Assembly (NCBI GenBank): GCA_016784385.1
Contig: JADHUT010000003.1
Span: 2,923-66,922 of the forward strand
Length of the DNA stretch: 64,000 nt
Source: Candidatus Microgenomates bacterium
GTDB taxonomy: Bacteria > Patescibacteriota > Microgenomatia > UBA8517
Direction of reading: 5' to 3'
Shown here: positions 9,566-18,894 of the stretch, piece by piece
Numbering within the stretch: the stretch's first letter is position 1
Layout: each line of letters begins with the position of its first letter
Translations under genes and position numbers: made by a program
The notes under the pieces: generated by a model
The model's database searches: none
Told to the model about the DNA's origin: nothing
The model's input: only the letters and a program-made list of their open reading frames with translations

Positions 9566-10495
9566 ATGAAAAAGGTTGATATATCGTTCGTAATACCAGC
9601 AAAAGACGAGCAAAAAAATGTTTCTCTTTTATATAAGGAGTTAACATTTGTTTTAAGAAAGATTGGAAAAAGTTATGAAATAATTTTTGTCGATGATGGA
9701 AGTTCCGACAGAACCTATGGCGAAATTAATTCGCTCATAAAGAAAGATTCAAAAGTTAAAGTTATAAAGCATCGTGGGAACTGGGGAAAATCCATAGCTC
9801 TACAAAACGGATTCATAGCCTCTAGTGGTGAAATTATAATAACCATGGACGCAGACCTTCAAGATAATCCGAGAGACATACCAAAGTTTATTGAAAAAAT
9901 AGAAAAAGGTTTTGATTTGGTCGTTGGGTGGAAAAAGAAAAGATACGATCCGATGACAAAAACGCTCCCTTCAAAAATAGGCAACTTTTTAACAAGATTG
10001 TTCACAAAAGTATCTGTACATGATTTGAATTGTGGTTTTAAAGCATACAAGCGTAGTGTGGTTGAAAACTTGAACCTTTATGGAGAAATGTACAAATACA
10101 TACCCGTTCTAGCCGAAAAGCAAAACTTCAAGGTTGGGGAAGTAATAATTAATCACAGAAAAAGAAAGTACGGAAAAAGTAAATTTGGATGGGAAAGAAA
10201 CCTAAAAGGACTTTTGGACCTAATAACAGTTGTCTTTCTGACCGGGTATTTGAGAAAGCCTGGTCATTTTTTTGGAACACTAGGGGCTTTCTCGTTTTTA
10301 TCAGGTTTTTTTATTGGCCTTTACATAACATTTCTAAGGATAACTACTGGTGGCATAGAATATCGATATCCCCTGCTTTTTTTGGGTGTTCTTTTAATGG
10401 TAATTGGGGTCCAATTTGTTTCAACAGGGCTACTTGCAGAAACAATAATTTACTCTTCTAAAAAAATCGATTATAAATCGAGCATCGAACAATAA
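9566..10495 (+). CDS. Polyprenyl-phosphate glycosyltransferase (ArnC/GtrB-like GT2)
   Basis: VDDGSSD, MDADLQD, DLNCGFKAY, HRKRKYGKSK and two C-terminal TM helices. Confidence 0.9.
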   Translation: MKKVDISFVIPAKDEQKNVSLLYKELTFVLRKIGKSYEIIFVDDGSSDRTYGEINSLIKKDSKVKVIKHRGNWGKSIALQNGFIASSGEIIITMDADLQDNPRDIPKFIEKIEKGFDLVVGWKKKRYDPMTKTLPSKIGNFLTRLFTKVSVHDLNCGFKAYKRSVVENLNLYGEMYKYIPVLAEKQNFKVGEVIINHRKRKYGKSKFGWERNLKGLLDLITVVFLTGYLRKPGHFFGTLGAFSFLSGFFIGLYITFLRITTGGIEYRYPLLFLGVLLMVIGVQFVSTGLLAETIIYSSKKIDYKSSIEQ

Positions 10496-12682
10496 CTACT
10501 TGAGGGGATCCAATCCCTTAATCTCAATTTGTGGAGATTTAACTAAACATGAGTTCTCAGACCTCGGTTCTACTGTTATATAACGAGCCTTTCTTGCTGG
10601 AAACAAAAAAATAAATGTATCCTCATCAAATATCGGGGAAACCGGTGGAACCTGTGCTACCATTGGATCTGCTTCATAATCCCACACAACACCGTCTAGT
10701 GATGTAGCAACATGGCCGCCAGATATTGGATCACAACCAAAAGCAGAATGTTCAACTTTCAAACTAGTTACAAATATTTCCTCACCTATGTCAATCTGAA
10801 GGCTGTTTTCTAAATAATTCACATTTTTTGCATAAAACACTTTTTCTTTTTCATAGCCTTTTTTTGTATGCTCCAAATCATTTTTCCAAATTTTAAGAAG
10901 AGGGACACCATCAACTTGTGCCACATAAACTGGTTCAAGATAGGTTTCCATATACTGAAAGCTGTACCATTTTCTAGGAAACCATTCAAAATCCATCTCC
11001 ATCTCATATTCACCCTCTCTATTTGTCCCGCTCCAATGCCCGTTGAAAAACTTTATATCTGCCCTTAGTTTTTGTCTTGGAACATTACCCATTGTTGCTA
11101 TTGCAAGTCCCAATTTCGCATTTGGCTCCGCATTTTCATTCAACCACTCAACACCTTGTAAATACACATTCCCATAAGTGTTGCCCCAGTATGGAATATT
11201 TCTTTCCCTAGCACCTCTGATTCCCCCAATTAACTGATTAAAATACACATTTTGGTTTGGATGGATTCTGACCATCTCAAACACAACAAAGAATAAAGAC
11301 AATAATATCAAGGTTTTTATTAAAATTTCAGCAAATACTTTCTTTCTAAAAAACTTTCTAGTTAATTGAATTAGCCATAAAGCACCAATCCCAGATAAAA
11401 TTGCCATTGGGGGGACATATTCCATTATCTGTCTTACTCCTCCATAAATTGTGGTGTTTGGCCAAGAAACCCTTAGAATTGGTATTATTATCCAAAGTAG
11501 TACTAAGAAAGAAAAATCATCTCCCCTGAATACTTTAATTGTGGATTTTATAAATCCAAAAAAGGTCAACACTAAAACAGGTATTGGGGTTGTATATATT
11601 ATCCAGACAACAGGATAAGTATTCCAACCATTTTTGAGATATGAAGCCATTTCTCCAGGCGTACCGACACCAATTTGCTTGTAAAAACCGAAAATTTTGT
11701 CAATATTTGACCACGTATTTTCCCACAAAAAAGGCCATAGACTGAAAAACACGCCAAATGCCAAAAGTGGAACAAATAAAGTTACCATCCAAATCAATGT
11801 ATTTTTTCTTAAATATATAAATTTACTATTTTTTGTTTTTCTGGAAATTAATTCTTTAACAAAATAAAACAAAAACCACGGACCAATTATGAGAGGTAAA
11901 AACAAAGTGTTAAATTTCACTCCAGTTGCAAGACCTAAAAACAATGAAGAGGATAATATATACAAAACTTTTCTTTTTGTAATTCCTAAATAGAGAAAAA
12001 TTATTGTCAAACCATAAAAAGAAGCCAGCATGGGGTCCTTTATATTAAAGTGGGATTCTGAAAAAAATAAAGGGTATGAGGAAATTACAAAAGATGCCAC
12101 AACAGAAGCAAAAATACCAAATTTTTTGTAAACAAGAAGTGCTACTGCCAGAACTATTAGAAATGCCGACAATACCTCAGCTAAGTGATGAGATTCCAAA
12201 TCCCCCATTATTCCAAGTCTTTGATAAAACACGTCATTTGTTAGTGCTGCCAAAATCCCACCTACAGGAGGATGCCCCTCATCAAGTTTTTTGAAATCAC
12301 TGTACGGATATGTATCAAACTGAAAAAAACTTCTTCTGGTCTTTTTATCTTTTTGCAATTCATCAATAGCCTCTTGATACACAGGAGCACTATCATCTGA
12401 TTCCAAAATATCTGCAATACCACTTGGAGAAAGATAACAATTTCTTTTTATCCACTTAGGACAATCTGTGCTTAATCTTGGATATGCCTCTAAATCTGAA
12501 TAATCTTCATTACCAGTTGTCAAAAAATGAAAATAGGCTTGTCCTCTCATGAAATGAATAGGTTCATCCCAATTGAAACCATAATCTCCAAGAGTAGCAA
12601 TCCCTACCACTAAAAAAATAATAGGAACAAGTAGAATCATCCAAATCTTAGAAACTTTAATTATGAATTTACTTAACTTCAT
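10496..12682 (-). CDS. GT-C (PMT/ArnT-like) membrane glycosyltransferase with C-terminal beta-sandwich (discoidin-like) domain
   Basis: NWDEP after TM1, NIKD, GVKFN, many TM helices, and a soluble tail containing TSLDGVVW...ARKARYITV; ATG at 12682 preferred. Confidence 0.8.
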   Translation of the reverse strand: MKLSKFIIKVSKIWMILLVPIIFLVVGIATLGDYGFNWDEPIHFMRGQAYFHFLTTGNEDYSDLEAYPRLSTDCPKWIKRNCYLSPSGIADILESDDSAPVYQEAIDELQKDKKTRRSFFQFDTYPYSDFKKLDEGHPPVGGILAALTNDVFYQRLGIMGDLESHHLAEVLSAFLIVLAVALLVYKKFGIFASVVASFVISSYPLFFSESHFNIKDPMLASFYGLTIIFLYLGITKRKVLYILSSSLFLGLATGVKFNTLFLPLIIGPWFLFYFVKELISRKTKNSKFIYLRKNTLIWMVTLFVPLLAFGVFFSLWPFLWENTWSNIDKIFGFYKQIGVGTPGEMASYLKNGWNTYPVVWIIYTTPIPVLVLTFFGFIKSTIKVFRGDDFSFLVLLWIIIPILRVSWPNTTIYGGVRQIMEYVPPMAILSGIGALWLIQLTRKFFRKKVFAEILIKTLILLSLFFVVFEMVRIHPNQNVYFNQLIGGIRGARERNIPYWGNTYGNVYLQGVEWLNENAEPNAKLGLAIATMGNVPRQKLRADIKFFNGHWSGTNREGEYEMEMDFEWFPRKWYSFQYMETYLEPVYVAQVDGVPLLKIWKNDLEHTKKGYEKEKVFYAKNVNYLENSLQIDIGEEIFVTSLKVEHSAFGCDPISGGHVATSLDGVVWDYEADPMVAQVPPVSPIFDEDTFIFLFPARKARYITVEPRSENSCLVKSPQIEIKGLDPLK

Positions 12683-13316
12683 ATATCCCAATAACACTAA
12701 GCATGTCCAACTTCTTCATTTTCTCCTTAAATCCCAAATTAACTAGTTTTTTGAAAAACGACTTCTCCGTGCGTAACCAATGTTTCATGAAGTCAATTTC
12801 TTTCAAGTAAGAATCCCTTCTATTTTTAAGAAGTGGTATATATTTTCCAATGGACCATTCACAAAGCTTGTCGTAGATATTTCTAACCAAAGAATTGTGT
12901 GGCTCAATGAAGCACAATCTACCCTTTGGTTTTAATACTCTTTTTATTTCCAAAAGACTTTTTGAATAACCCATTAAATGATGAAACACTGAATCCACAA
13001 GCACCACGTCAAAACTATTATCCTTAAATGGCAGCTTTTCAGCTGAAGCTTTGTAAAACTTTATCTTTGGATTAATACTTTTTGCATTTTTAACAAGTTT
13101 ACTTGATATATCAACACCAACTATATTTTTAACTCCTTTTTTTACAAGAATAGAAGTGTTCAAACCATCTCCACACCCAAGATCTAGTACTTTTTGTTTC
13201 TTTCCAATTTTAAATACGGAAAGCCTTTCTTCTCTTTTTCCGAGGTTTCTACGTGTTTTAACACATGCCATTTCCCATTCTTTGGTTTGTTTAGGTAAAT
13301 TGGTTGTTTTTTTCAT
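12669..13316 (-). CDS. Class I SAM-dependent methyltransferase
   Basis: VLDLGCGDG, GVDIS, LPFKDNSFD and RVLKPKG. Confidence 0.9.
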   Translation of the reverse strand: MKKTTNLPKQTKEWEMACVKTRRNLGKREERLSVFKIGKKQKVLDLGCGDGLNTSILVKKGVKNIVGVDISSKLVKNAKSINPKIKFYKASAEKLPFKDNSFDVVLVDSVFHHLMGYSKSLLEIKRVLKPKGRLCFIEPHNSLVRNIYDKLCEWSIGKYIPLLKNRRDSYLKEIDFMKHWLRTEKSFFKKLVNLGFKEKMKKLDMLSVIGIYEVK

Positions 13317-13398
13317 ATTAAACTCAATAAGAAAACAGTTTACATTATGTTCACTAAAAGAGCTATTATAATTGAATTATTTACAGGAAATAATTAAT

Positions 13399-14100
13399 TT
13401 ATGCTATATAGTTTTTTTCAATCTGGCTTAATAAATAATTGGGGATATTTTTGGGCTCACCCACTTGTGTTTGAACCTCTGGAGGTAATTTTTCAAAAAT
13501 CTCTTGCTCGACCATAAACCCAAGTTCTCTTTCTTTGTCCCAATATTGTCCTCCCAATCTGGCTGTTAAAGCCTTATCCTTATTTAAGTCCTGTCTTTTT
13601 TCCTCAACTTCATCAATTCGTTTTTCAAGTTCAACAACTCCGGTATCGCTTACTATGTCGTCAACATAAAACTGAAGGCGTTCCATAAAAGTAGAGTCCT
13701 CTTTAACCAAAGCTTTTTCGATAAAATCAGGACCAGTGGCATCCATCAGTTTCTGATCCGGCTTAACACTTTTTAATAATTTTTCGGCAAGAGATTTTTC
13801 TGTTTCATTAAAATTGCCAGGTTTAATTTTGAGCCTCTTCTCCCAATCATGGCACGCTGCTACATTTTTCAATGTATTTTTATCTTCAGTTGGTAATTTC
13901 AAAAGATCTGTAAGTTTGTCAACTACTGCCACCTGAACTAAACAATGTTCAGCCACATTTCTCCATTTATCTTTTTTGGAAAGTTTTCCACCTCTAAAAA
14001 GTAATCTCATTCCTGGATAAACGGACCATGCTAAACCTTGAAAGTAATTAGTTCTACCTATTTCTTTCGCAGACTTGGTTTCAGCTTGGGTTTCAGCCAT
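13399..14100 (-). CDS. HD-domain protein
   Basis: AEHC...ACHDWEK...YVDD gives an H...HD...D arrangement. Confidence 0.6.
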   Translation of the reverse strand: MAETQAETKSAKEIGRTNYFQGLAWSVYPGMRLLFRGGKLSKKDKWRNVAEHCLVQVAVVDKLTDLLKLPTEDKNTLKNVAACHDWEKRLKIKPGNFNETEKSLAEKLLKSVKPDQKLMDATGPDFIEKALVKEDSTFMERLQFYVDDIVSDTGVVELEKRIDEVEEKRQDLNKDKALTARLGGQYWDKERELGFMVEQEIFEKLPPEVQTQVGEPKNIPNYLLSQIEKNYIA

Positions 14101-14237
14101 TGTTAATGAGAATCATATCAATTATAGATATTAATCACAACAATACACGAAGTTCTTGTCTAAATTCCTCCCACGTTCATTGACGCATAGCCATATTAGT
14201 TATATCATTTGAAACAATATAAAATATAAATAAAGAT

Positions 14238-14639
14238 ATGATAACTGAAACCATTAAAGACGGAAAAAAAGTGTTAGCAATAATAATTAAGGGTAATACT
14301 GTAAGAAAATACCAATTCTTCTCGCCCGAAAACTTTCCACTTCAAATTGGTGCAGTAGGTAAAAAAAGTGGAGACAAGATACGGGCTCACTTGCACAATG
14401 AACCACTAAGAACTGTTAGAACAACACAGGAGTTTTTATATATAGAAAAAGGGAAAGTAAGGGTCTCCATTTATAACGATAGTGGAAAAGTCATTGCAAA
14501 AAGAGTACTAAAACAAGGTGACAAAATACTTTCTGCTGCGGGTGGACATGGATTTGAAATACTTGAAGACACAGTATTTTTTGAAGTCAAACAAGGACCA
14601 TACCCAGGTTATGATAAAGCCAAAACCTATCTTGAATAA
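14238..14639 (+). CDS. Cupin-fold protein (WbuC-like)
   Basis: AHLH...QEFL and GGHGF...EVKQGPY cupin metal motifs. Confidence 0.7.
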   Translation: MITETIKDGKKVLAIIIKGNTVRKYQFFSPENFPLQIGAVGKKSGDKIRAHLHNEPLRTVRTTQEFLYIEKGKVRVSIYNDSGKVIAKRVLKQGDKILSAAGGHGFEILEDTVFFEVKQGPYPGYDKAKTYLE

Positions 14640-14644
14640 CACAA

Positions 14645-15766
14645 ATGATTCCAGTAAATGAACCACACATTTCCAAAAACGCCCTAAAATATGTTTCCGA
14701 CTGCGTAAAGACTGGATGGATTTCTTCATCTGGTAAATATATAAAAGAATTTGAAAAAAAGTTTGCAAAATTTATTGGGGTAAAGCACGCAATTACAACA
14801 ACAAGTGGAACGACAGCACTGCACCTAGCCCTTGTCTCTTTAGGTATTAAAAAAGGTGACGAAGTAATAATACCATCACATACAATGATGGCGTCTGCAG
14901 CAGCAGTTATCTACACCGGGGCTACTCCAGTTTTTGTTGATGTACAACGAGATACATGGAATATGGAAGTAAAAAAAATTGAAAAACTAATTTCTAAAAA
15001 AACTAAAGCTATAATGCCAGTACACATTTATGGATTACCGGTCGACATGGATCCTGTAATGGCTTTAGCAAAAAAATACAACTTATATGTAATTGAAGAT
15101 GCGGCAGAAAGCTTGGGGGCAAAATACAACAAAAAAATGACAGGATCAATTGGAGACGTTGGCTGCTTTAGTTTTTATGCAAATAAAATCATTACAACAG
15201 GAGAGGGGGGAATGGTGGTAACCAATAGTGATAAATTGGCAGGAGTTGCAAGAGAGCTTAAAGATCTTGCACACTCACCAAAACGTCGTTTTTTACACAA
15301 CAAAATTGGATACAACTACAGAATGACCAATATGCAAGCAGCTTTGGGAGTTGCCCAACTTGAGGAAGTAAAAAAATATATAGAGAAAAAGAAATGGATG
15401 GCTTCGGAATATAACAAAAAACTGTCAAAAATTGAAGGAATATCATTACCAACAGAATCAAAAAAATCAACCAATGTTTATTGGATGTATGCCATATTAA
15501 TTGAAGATAGTTTTGGAATAAAAAGAGATGAATTTATGAAAAGATTATTTGAAAAAGGGGTTGATACAAGAACTTTTTTCATCTCAATGCACACTCAGCC
15601 CGCAATAACAAAGTTAGGTTTTGGTAAACATGCCAAATGTTCAATATCGGAAGAGATAGAACAAAAAGGTTTATACTTACCATCGGGACTTGCAATAACA
15701 AAAAAACAAATAAATACAGTTTGCAAAGCTATATATGAAATCAAAAAAGAAATTTCAAAAAAATAA
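14645..15766 (+). CDS. DegT/DnrJ/EryC1/StrS PLP aminotransferase (GDP-perosamine synthase-like)
   Basis: GWISS.G, SGTTALHLA, EDAAES, SFYANKIITTGEGG and GYNYRMTNMQAA. Confidence 0.9.
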   Translation: MIPVNEPHISKNALKYVSDCVKTGWISSSGKYIKEFEKKFAKFIGVKHAITTTSGTTALHLALVSLGIKKGDEVIIPSHTMMASAAAVIYTGATPVFVDVQRDTWNMEVKKIEKLISKKTKAIMPVHIYGLPVDMDPVMALAKKYNLYVIEDAAESLGAKYNKKMTGSIGDVGCFSFYANKIITTGEGGMVVTNSDKLAGVARELKDLAHSPKRRFLHNKIGYNYRMTNMQAALGVAQLEEVKKYIEKKKWMASEYNKKLSKIEGISLPTESKKSTNVYWMYAILIEDSFGIKRDEFMKRLFEKGVDTRTFFISMHTQPAITKLGFGKHAKCSISEEIEQKGLYLPSGLAITKKQINTVCKAIYEIKKEISKK

Positions 15767-17012
15767 ACTTCCTGTATTTCTTATTAGTGGAAAGTCGCCA
15801 GTAACTAAACCAGGAGGTTACGCCGCCTACTCTCATAATTTAGCAAAGGTATTTATCAAGTTGGGGCATAAAGTTTACATAATTGCCCAAGGGGACAAAA
15901 ATAATATAACTAAAACTAAAATTGGAGATGAACACTTAGTAAACTCGAGCTTAATAGACAAGTTGCCATTTTTCAAATCACTAGAACTAGCCGCTCTTCC
16001 TTTTTTTTCGTATTTGTTTGTAAAGGAAATTGAAAAAATTATAGTAAAGAACAAAATTGATAAATTTATTGTTTGGGGTGCTGGACCATGGTCATATGCT
16101 GGCGTCTCTATAAAAAACAAATTTAAAAACAGAGTTAAATTTATAGTGAGTTACTTCACTACATTTCCTCATGAAATGAGGGGGTCGTACAATGCAATTA
16201 ATGTCGCCGACTATGGTTTTGTTACCAAATTAAAATACTTTGTAGTTTTAAATGTTGTTGCAAAAATGTACGCAAGGCTTGAAAACTCAATTGTGCACAC
16301 CTGCGACATTGTTGCTTGTCATTACAATTCTACAAAAAAGATATTAAAAAAAGAATTTTCCCTACCTAATAAAAAAATGAATAAAATTGCCTACTATGTT
16401 GAAATTTTTCAAAGAAATGACAAAAAAACAAAAGAGGATTTAAAACTTGAAAAGAGTTTATCCAAAGTTTTTAAAACAAAAAAAACTCTTGTCATAATAT
16501 GCAGACAAGACCCAAGAAAAGGAATCAATTTTCTATTAAGAGCTTTTAAAACTGTTAGAGAAAAAACAGACAATATTAAACTAATAATGGTTGGTTCAGG
16601 GTCCATGTTCAAGTCAAATCAAAAACTTGCAAAAAAACTTGGTATAAGCAGTGACGTCATTTTTACCGGGTTTGTGTCTGACTTTAAAACTATACTCAAA
16701 AAATCTGATGTGTTTGTTTTCCCAGCAGTTGAGGAAGGAAGTGGTTCTCTTTCAATCTTAGAAGCCATGAAGGAAGGTAAGGCAATAATCACCACTAAAT
16801 GTGATGGAATACCAGAAGACATTGTAAATAGAAAAGATGGTATTTTGGTTCCAATGTTGGATGAACACTCTTTATCAGATGCAATTCTGGAGGTCATTAA
16901 TAACCCAAAATTAATTAAAAAGCTTGGAAACAATGCAAAAAAAGCATATATCTCAAAATTTAGTTTTGATTACATGAAGAAAGATGTTGAGAAACTACTC
17001 TCCACCATATGA
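15735..17012 (+). CDS. GT4 glycosyltransferase
   Basis: RQDPRKG and EEGSGSLSILEAM (E-x7-E like). Confidence 0.88.
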   Translation: MKSKKKFQKNKLPVFLISGKSPVTKPGGYAAYSHNLAKVFIKLGHKVYIIAQGDKNNITKTKIGDEHLVNSSLIDKLPFFKSLELAALPFFSYLFVKEIEKIIVKNKIDKFIVWGAGPWSYAGVSIKNKFKNRVKFIVSYFTTFPHEMRGSYNAINVADYGFVTKLKYFVVLNVVAKMYARLENSIVHTCDIVACHYNSTKKILKKEFSLPNKKMNKIAYYVEIFQRNDKKTKEDLKLEKSLSKVFKTKKTLVIICRQDPRKGINFLLRAFKTVREKTDNIKLIMVGSGSMFKSNQKLAKKLGISSDVIFTGFVSDFKTILKKSDVFVFPAVEEGSGSLSILEAMKEGKAIITTKCDGIPEDIVNRKDGILVPMLDEHSLSDAILEVINNPKLIKKLGNNAKKAYISKFSFDYMKKDVEKLLSTI

Positions 17013-17773
17013 AAAAGGTACAAAGTCTGGGAAACTCGTCTTATTCAATTTCTCACAAAAGTGTTTTAATAAAAAAAGACAGGGAAAGAGTGGGTGGACA
17101 ACTCGTAGCAATACTCCAAGATCATTTTGGGAAAAAATCTTTTAAAAACTTAAAAACCTTAGATGTAGGTTGTTCTGGTGGTACTATAACAAATTTGATA
17201 TCAAACTACACAGGAAAAATGGTGGGTATTGACATAGATGAACATGCTATAAAACAAGCGTCACTGAGCTATGGAAACAAAAAAAATCTTTCCTTTAAAC
17301 ATACAATAGGTATAAATATTCCATACACTGATAAATCTTTTGACTTGGTAGTTTGCAATCAAGTCTACTCGTATACAACCAAACCAAATGGATTAATAAG
17401 TGAAATATACAGAGTTTTAAAACAAGGTGGCACTTGCTTGTTCACTGGTGATAATCTACTTAGACCAATTGAACCTCTATATAAACTCCCACTAATTCGC
17501 TGGCTACCCAATAGAGTGGTTAAACATATTTTGAAAAAAAGAGGTTATAAAAATATTTATATAGGTAAATATAAAACATATTGGGGATTAGTTAAAATGT
17601 GCAGAATATTCACCATTAAGGATTACACAACAAAAGTTTTAAAGAATCCAAAAAAATATAAATTTTCAAAATTATATAAATACGAGAAATTACTCAAAAG
17701 AACTCCAAAACCAATATTTAAATTGTTTGAGCCACTATTCCCAACATTTGTATTTATACTGGAAAAGAGATAG
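17009..17773 (+). CDS. Class I SAM-dependent methyltransferase
   Basis: LDVGCSGG, GIDID, SFDLVV and EIYRVLKQGG. Confidence 0.85.
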   Translation: MKKVQSLGNSSYSISHKSVLIKKDRERVGGQLVAILQDHFGKKSFKNLKTLDVGCSGGTITNLISNYTGKMVGIDIDEHAIKQASLSYGNKKNLSFKHTIGINIPYTDKSFDLVVCNQVYSYTTKPNGLISEIYRVLKQGGTCLFTGDNLLRPIEPLYKLPLIRWLPNRVVKHILKKRGYKNIYIGKYKTYWGLVKMCRIFTIKDYTTKVLKNPKKYKFSKLYKYEKLLKRTPKPIFKLFEPLFPTFVFILEKR

Positions 17774-17775
17774 TT

Positions 17776-18888
17776 TTAATTTGCAGTATCATTCACAAGA
17801 TCTAAGCTTAACTTTCTTGATTTTTCCCAGTTAAATTTTTTGCTCCACTCAACTGCACCTCTCTGCAAAAAGGAATACATGTTCCCTTTTTTAAGAATTC
17901 TTTGTACTGCTTCTGCCAAATCTTCAGGGGAGTTAGTTTTAACTATTATGCCACTACTATTATCTTTGACAGAATCCACAAGCCCAGCTGAATTATACGC
18001 AACAACAGGGGTTTTTACTGAATTAGCCTCAATATTTACAAGTCCCCAACCTTCCCGAATTGATGGATTAATCAAAATATGGGACCTTGCCAAAAGCTCG
18101 AACTTTTTTGGCTCGTCAACAAACCCCCAAAATTTTATTTCTTCCGTCAAACCAAGCTTTTTTACTCTTTGTTCTAATTCTTTTTTGTATTTCAAACTAG
18201 TTTTTCCAACAATCCAGAATTTATATTTACCGGTTTTGCTTAAAATGGAAAAACATTTCAAAGCGTCTTCCACACCTTTGTCTTTACTTACTGCCCCTAA
18301 AAAGATAATTGTATTAACTTTTTCTTTTTTAACATTAACCTTCTCTAAAAGTACCCCATGAGGAACAACTGTTATTTTTTCCTTTGAAATTCCATATTTA
18401 ATTAAATCTAATTTTGCAGAATTAGAACCAGTCATAAACAAGCTTTTTTTATAAAACTGAAAAATTAATGGTTCACCCAAATAACCAATAACGCCTATGA
18501 TATGGTTAATTGGCCAAGGGAGCTGGTTTACAAACCATACTTCTTTTGCAACCTCCTGAATTAGAGCAATTTTTTTCGTTTTTACATACAGTGGGGTAAA
18601 AAATGGAATACCATGAAATTGATCAATAACCAAATCAAAATCAGGATGTTTTTTAAAAATATACCAATGAAATGCCGCAAAATGTACACCCCAATATTGA
18701 ATACTTTTTCTTATTATATTAATTCCATCAACCACTTCTTCTGATTTTGCTTTTGGATAACTCGATGTAAAAAGGGTAACTTTGTGACCAGCCTCTACCC
18801 ACCCTTTTGCATGTTCGTGCACCACCTGCTCAGCACCCCCCGCGTTAGGATGTTTTGGCCCTCTCCAGCCCAATATTAATATATTCAT
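17776..18888 (-). CDS. GT4 glycosyltransferase
   Basis: HPNAGGAE, KDKG and PSIREGWGLVNIEAN. Confidence 0.9.
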   Translation of the reverse strand: MNILILGWRGPKHPNAGGAEQVVHEHAKGWVEAGHKVTLFTSSYPKAKSEEVVDGINIIRKSIQYWGVHFAAFHWYIFKKHPDFDLVIDQFHGIPFFTPLYVKTKKIALIQEVAKEVWFVNQLPWPINHIIGVIGYLGEPLIFQFYKKSLFMTGSNSAKLDLIKYGISKEKITVVPHGVLLEKVNVKKEKVNTIIFLGAVSKDKGVEDALKCFSILSKTGKYKFWIVGKTSLKYKKELEQRVKKLGLTEEIKFWGFVDEPKKFELLARSHILINPSIREGWGLVNIEANSVKTPVVAYNSAGLVDSVKDNSSGIIVKTNSPEDLAEAVQRILKKGNMYSFLQRGAVEWSKKFNWEKSRKLSLDLVNDTAN

Positions 18889-18894
18889 ACTTTT

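Noticed and set aside
17840-18361. 173-aa plus-strand ORF, and similar antisense ORFs such as 41268-41768, 52482-52865, 56612-57061, 58828-59229 and 59289-59708
   Set aside because: They lie antisense to well-supported genes and have no recognisable motifs, so they are shadow ORFs.
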